DNA of 63,471 bases, counting the filler, from Phoronis australis (Eukaryota; Animalia; Phoronida): NCBI GenBank assembly GCA_002633005.1. It is 6 parts of 6 records of this genome, joined end to end, with 100 filler letters (N's around TTAATTAATTAA, not from the genome) between each part and the next. Parts side by side here need not be neighbours in the genome. Positions count along the whole stretch, not along the records: positions 21,232 to 51,278 come from NMRA01001249.1; positions 51,379 to 62,072 come from NMRA01001741.1; positions 62,173 to 63,471 come from NMRA01001067.1; 3 more parts are not named here. One strand, written 5' to 3'. The notes below the pieces were generated by a model, which was given only the letters and a program-made list of their open reading frames with translations, was not told where the DNA came from and ran no database searches. The position numbers and the translations under genes are program-made. Numbering within the stretch: position 1 is the stretch's first letter; each line of letters opens with the position of its first letter. Shown in pieces: positions 49,993-63,471 of this stretch.

Positions 49993-52869
49993 GCTGAGCC
50001 CATTTCCAGCGATGTAAGTAACACGCAAAAATACAACCAGATAAAAATTCCGTCAAGTCATTGCAAAAATACAACCAGATAAAAATTCCGTCAAGTCATT
50101 CTCAGACTAAAAAATTCTGTCTGAGTATGTATGCACGCCTGATTTGGAAGTTTGGCAGGTCGACCTTTGCAAAATATCAAAGGTCCACAGTTCCAGAAAT
50201 TCGAACCACCCCCTGCCCAATGCTGGCTACGGGCCTGTCATCACCACAGCAAACTGAATGTTCTCACGTTATTTGTCATACAGAATTTGCCACTTTTTAC
50301 CCCTCCCCCCAGATCCCTCTGTCTTGACCCGCTATCATGATATAAGCCGCCTTCCCCCCTCCACGTAATCTGACAGCCAACGGCCTCTCGGCCGCCGGTC
50401 CCTGTTTTTGACAATATACCCCAAAACGTAACATTGAAATTATTTATTGTGATATTCATGTGCCCAAATATAATACGTTTTAGGTAAAATAGTGAAAATT
50501 TACATACGTCAGAGGAGCTATAGTGGGATAGGGCGGGGATAACAAATTGTTTTAATAAGGGTGATCTTTTAAGTGAAAACACTCCGACTTTATAGTTACT
50601 CTGTAGCCATTCTTCGACGAACCAACAATCTTTGGAGAGCGAAACTTGAGAGATTGCTGCAAAGTAAGCCGAGGTAAAACAATCATCTGGCATATTTAAT
50701 GCAATAATGGAAAAAGGAAATTCTGTCGCAACACTGTATGTTAAATTCGTTATTAGCTGCAGTAATATTAAAAACTGGACGATCGCCGCATAAATAAAAA
50801 AGTTCATGTTCAATCAACGGTACGTCTATTCATTAGATATCACCAGAATCAATTTACAGATGACATCAAGTGCCAACATACAGCTCAGGTAACATCCATA
50901 AAGTGAAGTGAGAGATACAGGGAATATAGTCATTAGCATTATAGTTGCAAGGTCACTGAGCTCTGCATATGTTATTCAGGGAATCAGTAGCATGCTGGTT
51001 GCCAACGACTCTTTAATGTACAGTAATTCCATATTAGGTTCTCTGTAGATAATACTAAATGAATTGGCTTCGTGATTGTTGCTAACACAATGCCTATATT
51101 GCTTTTCTCTGAGGTGTGATCATGCGCGCACCCAGCCTTCGATATGGGGCCGGGGCTCGAATTCCTGACGTTGTGGACCATTCGCTAACAAAAGAGCGGG
51201 AACCTCAGTGAATTGCGACTTTGTGCTTATTTAATGGTCATTTTCTCGGACTTTTTGTCTCTCGGGGGCCGACCTTTTNNNNNNNNNNNNNNNNNNNNNN
51301 NNNNNNNNNNNNNNNNNNNNNNTTAATTAATTAANNNNNNNNNNNNNNNNNNNNNNNNNNNNNNNNNNNNNNNNNNNNAGACTGAAAAAATACTTTGAAA
51401 TGATAGAAATCAATTGAAAAATGAATGTTGATCGTTTGGATTTCAAAGAAATCTATCGTGTCTGGAAATTATCTGAATGTCTTTTTACAATGCAAGCTAT
51501 GACTATTGATGGAAAGTCGCGTAGTTAGCAAAACGTTATAAAGGATCTACGACTTTAACGCAGATCAGGGTCAAATATCAAGAAATCGCCATCTGTAATC
51601 TTCACATACTGCCCTAACAAATCAGCAGCTGGCAATTTTGATAAAAATTGGGTCCTGAATTCACCTGTGGTTCAGAACCACAGATGAGTGTAGGTGTTTA
51701 TTTGTGGTCTGTACTTGAAAAATTTGCTATGGGGAATTTTCGCTTAGAGACATAAAGCCAGACACGATCAGTTTTAATTGGGTTTGCCTATCCTTACAAC
51801 AGTGTGTGGCTTCATGTCAGTTAGTTTGATGATACAAACCCTTCAGCTTTGCTGTTACATCATTGGGTATGTGACTGGTTGAGAATCTTATGGAAATCGT
51901 TACTGCTCGTAAAATCCAAGGGCATCAACTTTCACACATACACTTGATACACCGCTGGACAAGTCGCCGTCAGACGCTAACTGTATTCCGTGAAATGATT
52001 ACTTTATTTTAAAGCAGCTTGCAGTAAATGTTCGTAATCATTTGCTTACCCCAAGTACACAATTTTTAAACATTTCCCTTATTCCATACGTTCTTGTTCG
52101 TTTTATTTCCGGCTACGTGTTTTACTTGCGTAATTTCGTATGTTGTTTCTGTTGTGGAAGACTGTTTCGTGTTGAATGAAACCGCAGACACGTGGTTTCA
52201 GTAATTGATTTCTTACAATAAACCCCTCTTTGCTTACATCAGGGGCGGATCCAGGATTTTGAGGTGGGGGGGGCACGTCAGAGTATTAGCCAGGATTTCG
52301 CTCGTCAGATGTTCGCGCCCCTGAACTGCCAAATGGATCTACCGGAATTTTAGGGGGGCCATGGCCCCTTGACCCTCCTCTAAACCCACCACTGTACATT
52401 GATCGGATGTTTTGCAATGGGAACGAGGGAAGACAATATAATGCGTCATTGCCAAAACAATCTTAATACGAGTGCACACGACCTGAGCAAACGCAGTTCG
52501 TCAATGATTTTTTTGTGTCAGTGACACAGGGCACGGCCCTGAAATATCCCTGCTCACCAACTCGATTTTATCGATGCTGTACATGAGGGTTCACCCATCG
52601 ATACATTTATTGAGAGTGATTCATTTTTTTATGATTGAAAGTGGCGGAACCATTTACTACCGCAGCGATTTGGTGAATTAAATTGACACATAGCATGCCC
52701 GCAGTAATCCGCAATGTAGTAACAGAGTCGCTTTAGTTTGGTGTATTTGTATCTTATTTAACGTATAGCAACAGTATTTTGAATTATCGACATTGCATTT
52801 TAACTGTTACATCCAATGCATTACAATTTCCATCCTCAAACCTGCCTTCATTATCAGCTCTCTTTATAG

Positions 52870-55800
52870 TGAAAAATTGGAAGAAAGAACGGGAAAACAC
52901 CACTATTGGTGCAGTGGTAGGCTCCGTAGCTGCAGTCATTTTGGTAATAGCGATCGCCGGCTTCGTGTTTTATAGGTAAGCAAAAACACTCGTCTCATAG
53001 GCGCGCTTGTATGTTCCTCTGTCGTTGTTCGATTGTGACCAGTTATACTCATATTGCGCAATCATCTTCCTCGCTTCTTCGACCCGTCTGATATCTGAAG
53101 ACATCAATGTTGTGAAAAGTCGTCAAGTAAATCTCTATCGAAACTTATGTGAGCTTCAGTTTTTACATTATCTGCAGTGTCATGACTTACCAAGGATTTT
53201 TTATAGATCAGATAATGTGTATACTTCACTGAAGACACGATTTCTCTCTGTTTTACGAGTTAATTTCAGCTCTTTTAAACTCTCTAAATAGAGACTTGTG
53301 TTCACATGACAAGAGTGCAGTAAAAATCCAGTCGACATCAGTAAGTAATATAATTTACAAAGCGCATTTATTATGAGACACATCTCATTTCCAGTCCCAT
53401 TTGTAGTGATATATACCATGAAATACAAAACTGACCACTGCTCACAAGTCCCATTAAATTCAGGTTCCCATTCACTCCGTCCATACATGAAATAGCGAGA
53501 CCGAGCTCAGAGGAGTAGGAGACATGTTTTTTTGCAATGGTCGATTCTCTGCCAGTAGGTCTAGCATTCAAGCCCGGGTCTCTCAAACCGGAGTCTGGAC
53601 CTCAAACCACTGAGCCACACATTATTCGTCCAGCATGACATCAAATTATTAATGAAGCGTAACATAACTGAGTAAGCTTTCCCTTTAAAGACAATGGCTA
53701 GTTTCATGTTCACGATCCCCTTTCGTCAATTTGTAGGAGACGACGGGGAAACAAAAACCCTTCAACTGAGGAGCTGAGGATGGATGACATCTCAACAATT
53801 GAAAACACAAGTTCATGTCAGTTAAATTTTGTATATTGTACTTTATATGTTGTTTAATCGTGTATGGACTTCTCTTTATGATGGTGTCATGTAAAATTGA
53901 ACTTTTTGTGGGTGCTGTGTCTGCGTAGTCAGTAGCTGACGGCATGCGTATAAAGGCGGTCTTCTCGTTTTATTAGATTTTCTTTGTCACACTTCTTGGA
54001 AAGATCGTCAGTTTCCACGTAATATCTGTTGCCACGTGAGTGCCTATTTGAATCTCAGTATGATTGCAGCCATATTTTCTACATTTTCACTGTATCCTTC
54101 TGTGCAGCAACGTCCAACAATTACCAGGAAGCTGCCCAAGGTCCGGCTGTACGACCCAAGGAGAAACCGGTGGCGCCACCTAAACCAATCTCTCCAGCAT
54201 CACCCGCAGAGCCAGTGTATTCCAACTTCAAGAAACCAATCTCCGTCGACGAATTGGATTCCTATGTAGCGAAGCGGTTGAGCGATGACGATCTTGCAGA
54301 TGAATATAAAGTGTGTTGCTTTATTTTCTTATTTTAGAAAAGGGGGAAGATCATACGTTTGTCAAAAGTCACAGTCGTAAATTTGATATATGGGTATTTA
54401 GTTAAAATGTGTGTGTTTGTGTTTGTGTTTGTGTGTGTGCGTTTGTGTTTATGTGTGTGCGGTTGTGTGCGCTTGTGTGATTATGTGTCAGTGTGTGTGT
54501 GTGTGTGTGTGCGTGTGTTTGTGTGTGCGTGTGAAGGTGTGTGTTTGTGTGTGTGGGTGCACAGAAGCCGGATAGCTTCAAAGACAAGTTACTTAATTAA
54601 TTCTATCGTACTTTACAATGCAAGTAAATTTGAATGGCAAGATAGTCATTATTTGCTACTTATTTCTTGAGCATTTTTGAAAGACTGCCTGATGATGTCA
54701 CTAGTATGGTTAGGCAAATGAAACTGACGCGTCAATACAATGTGTGAGAAAAAACAGTGCATCCTAACAGTGTTCACCCCTTAACTCCTGGACCGTTCAG
54801 TTTGTCACCTGCAGCCATTTGCAGGTTGAAATCCTACTTCCTGTGCACAACAGGACACCTCTTCTTTCATTTCTAAAAATCTAACTTTTATGCACATTTA
54901 AGCCCCCTTGTTGTTTACATTTGCAAGAGCTTGTCAGAAATATTCGTTATAACTGTTCATTCCAATACATGTGTATCACATTTTTATCGTTTTAGAGTTT
55001 GCCAAGTGGTCTTATTTTTCCGAGAAGTGCTGCCTTGAAAGATGACAACAAAACGAAAAATCGTTTTACCAACATTTTACCGTGTACGTATATACATGTA
55101 CGCATTTAACTCTGATCGAAATAACTTCAATTCACCGCTGATTTTTTAAATGTCCAACTTCTGTATTTTCCAAACACGTAATAATTTTGTTAGATAATTA
55201 TTTGTGCGTTTGAACATACAGCACTGACATATTCTCGATACATTTAGTTCCTCCTTGACATTTACAGATAACAAAAACCGTGTGATTCTGGAGAAGATAC
55301 CGTCCGAACCAAATTCAGACTATATCAACGCTAGCTACATCGACGGTTACAAGAAACCTCGGGCCTTCATTGCTGCCATGGGTAAGCTACATTTCAAAGA
55401 ACATGCACATGTATATCCACTGGTGCTCATTGCCCAAACGATTAGGTTAAAGTAATTCCTAGCTTTTTCGAGTTGTCTTTACTACGATTTTTCTCTCATC
55501 TATCAAGCCCGATTTCCAGGTTTGTGATGGGTAATTTTGCATACCGGAGTGTCTTTGAAACTACAAATTCCCGATTATAACTTGCATGTAATTTAGTTTC
55601 ACCGTTGTCGCAGTGCCTATCATTGCACGGATCAAGGATAAACTCATTCGATCCGAGATTAAACAATGAAAGATAGAAATGTCGGACCGAAGTGCACTGT
55701 CCTATTCACCTGTTTCCTTTTTACTGCACGTGTTTCACTCGGCGTCACCTTATCTTGCGCTATCGTTACGTCCTAAGGTTACATTTCTTCATGTAAAACG

Positions 55801-57507
55801 TAAATGGTGTGATCTACTACATGTATGCTTTTCTAGGTCCGAATCGTCACACTGTAAAGGACTTTTGGAGGATGGTTTGGCAAGAAAACATAAATAGGAT
55901 TGTTATGTTGACTAACCCTGTGGAAGGCGGCAAGGTGAGCAGCTCGTGGAATGTTTACTGCAGCTGCATAGTATAAAGTATTATTGTTTTGAGTAACGTA
56001 ACGTCTATTAACCATTAAAATGTAAAATAGAAAGCAAGTCTAAAGAAGAACTTTGTGGTCTATATGTTACACCTGCTGTTACTTGCTAAACTCACTTTGC
56101 TATCGATTTCATTTTTAGAGAAAATGTGAAGTGTATTGGCCAGACTCCCACGAAGTAGAAAGATACGGCGACATCAACGTCACGTTGACTGGCAAAGAGA
56201 CAAAGCCCGATTATGTTGCAAGAACTTTTGAAGTACTCAAGGTAACCACTGTAAGTGTTTTCCAGATTTTTATTGGCTGCTTCAAAGCTTTACATGTATA
56301 TCTACTTGTGTGTTTCGTACATTCACATATACTCTCCTCATCTCATTAAACAAAAGGGTTGTCTAGCCTAACAAAACCTGTCACAGATTATCTGACGGAA
56401 TTGTACATGTGTATGAAAATACTTGACGGTGCTTATATTATTAAAGTTCTCGTCACACTTCCGACATTCCATCTGTCTCTGTGTTTCCAACAGCCAAAAC
56501 AAAACCAAGCTAGGGAACTAGTCCACTATCACTTCACATCATGGGCTGATCATGATGTACCGAAGAGTTCAGCTCTCTGGAAATTCTACCGCATGGTCAA
56601 GGAACGTATGAGTAGTGACGGAGATAAACATCCAACGGTCGTTCACTGCAGGTTTGAGAAACTGTCTGATTGTTCATGTTACACTGAGTGACACAGTCAT
56701 GGTCCAGCTGATGACTCACATGAAGCACTTCAATAGCACACTGTTTGATAATCTAATAATTTTGGAATAAGGAACTGGAACTCCGAAGCTTCGAACTAAA
56801 CTCTGCATCTCTTTCAAACAGGGCAAGACTTCTAACTAAAATAATTCGCGACCACTTGGGTGCTAATGAAGCTTGTTGTTTGTTGCGATTATCTAGAACT
56901 TTCAGTTATCCATTGAAAATATGGTTACCAAGGCTGACTTCGAACTGCAGAAACTTTTGTACGCGCCGGTTTATATGGCATCAAGTTGTTTTAATATGTC
57001 CGTTTGTAGCGAACGTATTCTAATATTCTCGGTTTGACCACATTTCAAGTGGAAACTTACAGAACTTTTAAGTTAAATATATGTTTTGAAAACTATTTAG
57101 ATGTAATTGACAATGTAAATGTTAGATCTGATATGGTGAGATTGAGATGTTCAGCGCATGCACTAATGATTGAAAAGGGTAGACACTTGAAACTTAACAG
57201 AACAGAAAGGTTATGCCCTCTCTGTGTTAGGACATATGTCGAGTCGGAATATCATTTTGTTATCGAATGCCCATTCTACGATGACCTTAGGAAACGATAT
57301 TTGCCTGCATGGAGCTACAACAATCCCAATGTTACAAAATTCAACAGACTCATGACTATGGAGGAAAAAGATCTTATATGGTCAACATGTAAATATGTTC
57401 ATTTCGCATTCAAGCGAAGAAGAATTCGGTTTACTTCTAGTGATTGACACTTACCTTTATTGTATTGATGATTTGATTGTAACAAGGGCCGGAGGCCTAG
57501 TTATTGA

Positions 57508-57548
<41 letters not shown>

Positions 57549-60500
57549 TCAGTGATTATGTCCAACACAACATACTATCATGTTTACTTTAAGTGCTGGC
57601 GTAGGCAGAACTGGTACATTCATCATGATGGACATATTAAGTGAACAGATAAAAGCTGAGAATGTCCTTGACATTCTGGGACAAGTGTACTTGCTGCGAC
57701 AACAGAGAGTTAATATGGTGCAGACCTGGGTATGTTATTAACATGGTGCAGACCTGGGTATGTTATTAATACCAACAGTACTAGTCAGATTTGTTGTGCA
57801 ATTGGGGAAAGTGGAAATTAAACATTTTTGGAAACCTCGTGGAGCAACAAATTGATTTTGTGAGTTTGAATATGACGTCGCTCAATCTGAAGGTGGTTCT
57901 AAAGTGCTTATAACCAACATTTGCCTTGGTTTGATAAGTGACTTTATTGTCTGCTGCATTTCATAAAGACAAGGAAATAGAAGAACAAAAAATTGGAAGA
58001 GTCTCTTGTACAATTGTTTACCGTATCATCGCTTCTCTGTCTCGGGCGAAATTTATAAGACAACAGCGTTTCTCAAATACAGAGTTGTCACAACTTCAAC
58101 AAGAGAAAACTTCAAGCCGTTCTTAACTACGTTGTAAACCACTGGAATACACGCAGAAATATCTGACGATTTCTCACATTTAAAACAACGAAAGGTGACT
58201 AATACGGTATTGGTTGTCTTGATTCTACGTTGCATGCATCGACAAATGCTTACAATTCGAAATCGGTTAATTTACATATCGGCAGATGGACCTTGCGGGG
58301 TGTACAAATTTGACAGCTGATCGACAGAATTGGTGTGTCTGTTTTTTGGTGTTTTGATATGGAATGGGTGATTTAATGTGCTTTAAATAAAAGGAGAAGT
58401 TGAAAAAAGTTTCATATGTCACCCTCTTTAAGGATAAATGATGTTCCTTCATAGTCAGCCAAGCAAAATATGTTTACACTAAAGACAAACTTTTCGGGTC
58501 TGCGCAAGTCAAATAGTGTCAAAGGGTCATCAGCAAGGGCTGACCAACCCCTACACAAATTAGAACATTTCATACTAGTTGAAGGCGATATATAATAAGA
58601 TACATGTTCAAGATCAGTTTCTTGGAGTTACGTAGAGCAGGGTATTTCGTTTCTATTGTTAGGTCTATGGGATAGTGTCAACATTTTGCCTCTGTCACTC
58701 ACAGGTTATTAGATTCGAGTTTGCATATGCAATGGGATTATGGATCACTGTGCTTTTACATACCACTGTCTAATTGTAATTCAACATTTCGATTGCCAAA
58801 CGGTCACTTTCCAGTAGCAACCAGTGCACATCCTCGATCAATAATATCTCAAAAACCTCGAAACACATTAAATGTATTGAATTGTGCTTAACCATCTACT
58901 ATTCCATTTTTAATCCTGAGTGCATCAACTAACAAAATCATAACCATTTCGCGACTCATCTTCCAGACTCAATACGAATTTATCCATTCTGCCATGGTTG
59001 AAAATATCTACGGCGGGGACACGTTCATTCCATCAAAAGATTACGAGAAAACTCTCTCCGAGCTGTTCACAGAGGAGCAAACCAAAGGTGTGAACACTCT
59101 ACAAAAGGAGTTTCAGGTAACAGTTCTTTTCACCAGAAACATTCTATTCCTTGACCAGAACAAGTTTAATCCATAGGAGATTCGGCGCCCGCAATGGAAA
59201 ACAATCAGAAGACTCTTGCTTACTCCTCTCACACACGTCAACCATTTTATGTTCTAACCATAGCTGTTTTTGTAAAAAAAAACTACATGTATCACTGACG
59301 AGAACGAGTCAAGATAGTGTCTAACGTCAAAATACACTACATGTTCCTACTTACATGTACCTATTAAATGATCTTACATCCAGTAACGGTGAGTATTGTT
59401 ACATGTGTACAATCCTTGATAACGCATTACGCTGTGTCGATCAAGGCTCATGGTATGAGATTATTTCGACAAAAGAGATTGCCAGTAAAAGCCGTAAATA
59501 CTTGCTAACAGACGGGTTATGTGTCGAGTAACAGCCAAAGCGAAGGTTTGCGTAATAATTATGGCAGGTAACCTTTTGGCGCTACGCCGTAGAACTACAG
59601 AAATGACAAAATAGCGTAACAAATACGTAATTCCCGTATTGGTTGACATGCATGTTTCAACTACTATACTGCTCTAACAGGTGTGTTTTGAAATTATAGT
59701 CCAACTCGAGTATGTATATGGAGGTTAATTAGGACTTCTGTCTTGTAAGCGCATCAACATTGTCATGCCTTTCTAGTGAATGAAATTTTTGCTTTGATCA
59801 CAAAACCAGGTGTGATGAGCAACTGTTGCTAAATGTTCTGTTGAGGCTGAAGGCTTTCACTTTCGTTTTCAGACCCTTCGACGGCTCTGTCCTCCATGTG
59901 ACCCAGAAGAATACGGCGCAGGAAGACTTCCTCAGAATACAAACAAGAATCGGTTCGCCAAGATCTTGCCTCGTGAGTTGTCAAGATAAATATTTTTTTG
60001 ATCTGCTGGCCAATGTAACATATTCTCATTTATGTATGATTCCAAAGGAATTTAAAAACTTAAACGTGTAGTTGTTAGTGGCTTAATTTGTCCTAGTGTT
60101 TTTTCTTGGTTTTCTTCGACATTGTAATTGATATTGCAACAATTCTCCGCAGTGGGTCGTGCACGTCCATACTTAATGACCCCGGGTGAAGAAGGCGGAA
60201 CAGATTATATCAACGCCGTCTTTGTAAACGTAAGTAATATATCGCCACTGACCTCAGGGAAAAGCTGCTCAACGTTATCCTGTACATTTTATGTAACATT
60301 TTGGGCCAAGGTCTTAAATGTTGAAATAACTAAACTAAGTAACAACACTTAAGTGTGGTCGTCATCGGTCAATACAACACAAAAGTTGAGCTTATGCAAC
60401 ATAATTTAAGTCAGTTCTGAACTTGATGGGCGATTCAATACCGTAATGATAAAACTTGTTGCAGCTCGGCTGATATATGTGCTTTAAAGTACACAGTTCA

Positions 60501-61905
60501 TGGTATTCTAGGTAACGTTATCGCTAGCGTCGTCACTGTAAATTGGAACCATGTTGATACACAAAGCGAATTTCATGTCGTGTTAAATACTCAAATATTA
60601 CAGGGCTTTCAACACCGCGACGCGTTCATAGTCACACAGATGCCCTTGCCGAACACTGTCTTCGATTTCTGGCGAATGATTTACGACCACGACAGTAGCA
60701 CCATTGTCATGTTGAACGCTAGTGCAGATGGTGACAAGGTAAATACGTTCAGATGTGTACTATATTTATTATATCAGTTCTGCTGATGTTTTTGTGCTCT
60801 GATTTCGATTCATGTCTGTCCTCGTTTGTCAATTCTTTCACGAGATTTAGTTTCTAAAATGCGAATGTCTATCTATATTGGACTGTGGGCCCTTTGGACC
60901 TTACATTCTTTGAGCCATCAGACAGACGATAAAATACCAATCAAAATGATAAAACGATCAACATTGTTTTTTAGTCCAAAGGACCAATTGTCTGAAAAAT
61001 GTTTTCGATCTGTCGGTCATTCGTACTATTGACCTTTATCGCCTTGAACAACATGGGAATATGATCACGCGCCCATGCTCTATTTTACGTTGTAGACTTG
61101 CGCACGTTACTGGGCTGAAGAGGGCTCGGTTAAGTATGGTCACTTCAGAATTGAGACTGCGGCTAAAAGGTTCGAGCACAACGAGCTTATAATTCACCGA
61201 ACTTTTAACATCGTTGATACAAAGAAGGTATGGACTCCTTGATCAATCAGTTGCCTTAGAGGCTGTCAGTCGCAAGTATTGTAATTGTAGAAACTGCTAT
61301 GTTCTATGTACTTGGATACTTAACCCATGTTGAAGAAATGACAATGGAGACTCTAACATTCGTTGTGCAAATAAGGTCTAAGTGTTCAAAATAAATTGTT
61401 TAAGATTCTAGAAGTTGCAAAAGTTTTGTCGTGACATTCTGTATATCATTGAAATCACTAAATCCCATTGGAAGAACAAATTAGCCAATCCCCGCAGTAC
61501 ACACGTAATTTTGTGTCCAGATAAATTCCTTCTTTATGAGGAACTTTTGATAGAATAACCTATTTGCCGAAAGCCTTTTTTAAACTAAGTGCCATTTCCT
61601 TGATAATCAACATTACCCCCACTCACAAATTGCTTAAATTCTTCTGGAAATGTTCCAAAGGTATCCTGCATTGCATGTCGCCTCGCATGTTTCTACATGT
61701 CTTCTGTGTGCTTCTATGAACGTAATATGTAATTATTTTAGACAAGCAGTGCACCTCGTCAAATTAAGCATTTTGAACTCACCAATTGGCCAAAGAATCA
61801 AAAGATACCACCTTCTGCCACTCAGCCTGCATTGATAGAGCTCTACGACCTAGTACAGAACAGGCAACGGAAAACTGAATCCAAGCCAGTCACCGTGCAT
61901 TGTCT
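52870..61905 (+). CDS. Receptor-type protein tyrosine phosphatase (TM + tandem D1/D2), partial. Exons 52870-52975, 53737-~53810, 54108-54310, 54996-55083, 55268-55381, 55837-55934, 56119-56241, 56494-56651, 57594-57729, 58967-59116, 59873-59972, 60153-60229, 60604-60738, 61096-61227, 61742-61905
   Basis: TM helix [23 protein letters not shown]|RRRR. D1: [62 protein letters not shown]2: [37 protein letters not shown]. Confidence 0.95.
53490..53620 (-). mobile_element. tRNA-derived SINE fragment
   Basis: Minus strand GTGGCTCAGTGG (A box) and GGGCTTGAATGC (degenerate B box). Confidence 0.4.
54408..54560. repeat. Imperfect (GT)n microsatellite
   Basis: Direct reading. Confidence 0.95.
57030..57546 (+). 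mobile_element. 5'-truncated non-LTR retrotransposon 3' end (RTEX-like) with (TA)n tail, intronic
   Basis: [43 protein letters not shown] is a C-terminal CCHC knuckle, followed by a short UTR with GGGCCGGAGGCCT, AATAAA and (TA)n. Confidence 0.85.
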
Positions 61906-63377
61906 GTAAGTAACCATTTTAGGCTAAACATGTACATCTTTCGTTGTGTGTGTTTTCCATGGTAAATATATTGTATAGCACTACACTGTACCCATTTAGA
62001 CCTAGCCTTGAAAGAAAGGTAGCTGATTAGTGACATGTTAACTTGGACACCCGCTGCAAAACTCTCTTGCAANNNNNNNNNNNNNNNNNNNNNNNNNNNN
62101 NNNNNNNNNNNNNNNNTTAATTAATTAANNNNNNNNNNNNNNNNNNNNNNNNNNNNNNNNNNNNNNNNNNNNCCCCTAAAATTCTCCCAGATTCTATTTG
62201 GCTAATACTCTGCCCGGGGATCCAGCCATTAAGAGTTGGGTAACCGTGAACCAACACGGAGAGTAAGGATGGGCTTAGGACCAGTACAGTGACCTGTAGC
62301 GAGGAGCTGCCTCAAGTAGCTATAGTTGAGATCTAACAGTGTGAAAATACAAAATTCTCGATGAACTAAAGCTAGTTGCTGGTCAGCTCAGCTGTGATTT
62401 ACTTGAGACAGACAGCTTAGCTAGTACCGGCCGTCTGCGCTCGCTCTAAGGTCAAGATTCGTTATGTTGTGATCCAGTTTCGGGAAAACTTTATTTAATT
62501 ATGGTCATTCTTTGAAAGAGTTCTTTTTTGAAAAGGTGAGGCCCCGAAGTCTGTAGTATAATGCCTTTGGGGCTGTTTCATAATTCCTAGTTGAAACACG
62601 ACCGGTAGTTCAATTTCTGGTGGCTGGGAAAAAGGATATTGTGTCCCAAAAAATCACTGAGAGTCTGCGCGTCCTACTGCATGGTTACATCTTATTTTTA
62701 ACGTGAATACGTAAGTCATGACGTGCATGGGAATCAGGGAAAGCAATCAATTCAGTTTTGAAGAACAAAAATTCATTACTCAATACTACTGGAAACTAAA
62801 AACACCAAGGAACTGCGATGACAACCTTTCCAACAAATGAGTTTAATTATATTTATTTAAGGATTTTAAAAACGTTTTATATATACGAATTTCATCAATG
62901 TCCTTGAGAGTTATTTTAAATATGCAAAAATCGTCTAAGTGTACTTTACTATTTGGGGATTGGATTATAGAGTTTTTCCAACTTCAGGCAGCAATTAAAT
63001 TCACTGAATTATCACCAATTTTTACAAGATTAGCTTCTAATTGTCAAAAATCATCTATGAATCTATCGATATTCGTAGATTCATAAACAAGTAAATCAGA
63101 AACTAACGAATTTGTTTATCAAACATAGAACATATATAGGTAAATAAAACAACAAGAATGGATCAACTGAAATTTTCGGATATAATAACATTCTTCGTCA
63201 ACAGAAACAGAAATAAAGTAAAATCAAACCCTACATGACAATTGACATTTAAGATGTGGGGGAAATGAATGTGATACATTGTTGCGGAAAAAATCAATGA
63301 TACCATTTAAGAAGTTTTTATGTTTAATTCATGAGGTTCTAGTGTATTGAGATTGTCAATCCAAAATTATTCCCTTT

Positions 63378-63471
63378 TGAGTCTGTGAGGGGTACTGGGG
63401 TATTGGAGTCTGTGAGGGGTACTGGGGTATTTGAGTCTGTGAGGGGTACTGGGGTATTGGAGTCTGTGAGG
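63378..63471. repeat. ~26-bp minisatellite (GAGTCTGTGAGGGGTACTGGGGTATT[G/T]) running off the window end
   Basis: About four copies visible. Confidence 0.9.

Noticed and set aside
50241-50813. 190-aa minus-strand ORF
   Set aside because: Non-ATG start, no recognisable motifs and no splice support; likely spurious.
54685-54730. Hammerhead-like CTGATGA..GAAA
   Set aside because: No convincing stem II or stem I pairing and no PLE context.
62200-62330. Possible HDV-like ribozyme or LINE 5' leader
   Set aside because: Could not establish the nested double-pseudoknot pairings by eye, and there is no downstream ORF.
1-63471. A functional cluster linking RanBP2, calpain, ALDH and PTP
   Set aside because: The genes lie on different contigs separated by artificial linkers. 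Only calpain and ALDH share a scaffold, with no evident functional link.

Overview
Invertebrate (metazoan) nuclear DNA, not prokaryotic. The window is an artificial concatenation of six contigs joined by identical 100-bp linkers (Ns around TTAATTAATTAA), so adjacency across linkers carries no biological meaning. Contig 1 (1-9085): internal exons of RanBP2/Nup358 (minus strand). Contig 2 (9186-16158): 3' end of a Penelope-like retroelement (Naiad-type GIY-YIG) with a variant minimal hammerhead ribozyme, an uncharacterised multi-exon gene (minus strand), and a 1.25-kb internally deleted Gypsy LTR element with identical LTRs, PBS, PPT and TSD in one of its introns. Contig 3 (16259-21131): last two coding exons and probable 3' UTR of an unidentified gene. 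Contig 4 (21232-51278): first coding exon of a calpain-5-like gene, Helentron/DINE-1-like non-autonomous elements carrying a 450-bp (3 x ~150 bp) higher-order satellite, several MITEs, and an ALDH1/2-family gene that appears to have lost part of its NAD-binding region. Contig 5 (51379-62072): a receptor-type tyrosine phosphatase (TM + D1 + D2, plus strand) with an intronic LINE fragment. Contig 6 (62173-63471): non-coding, ends in a minisatellite. Three apparent tandem duplications have a single N exactly at the junction and are probably unmerged haplotypes. I found no clearly new biological system; the best leads are the ribozyme-bearing PLE tandem, the satellite-building Helentron family, the young mini-LTR element and the unannotated gene. 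All calls are by eye, without database searches.
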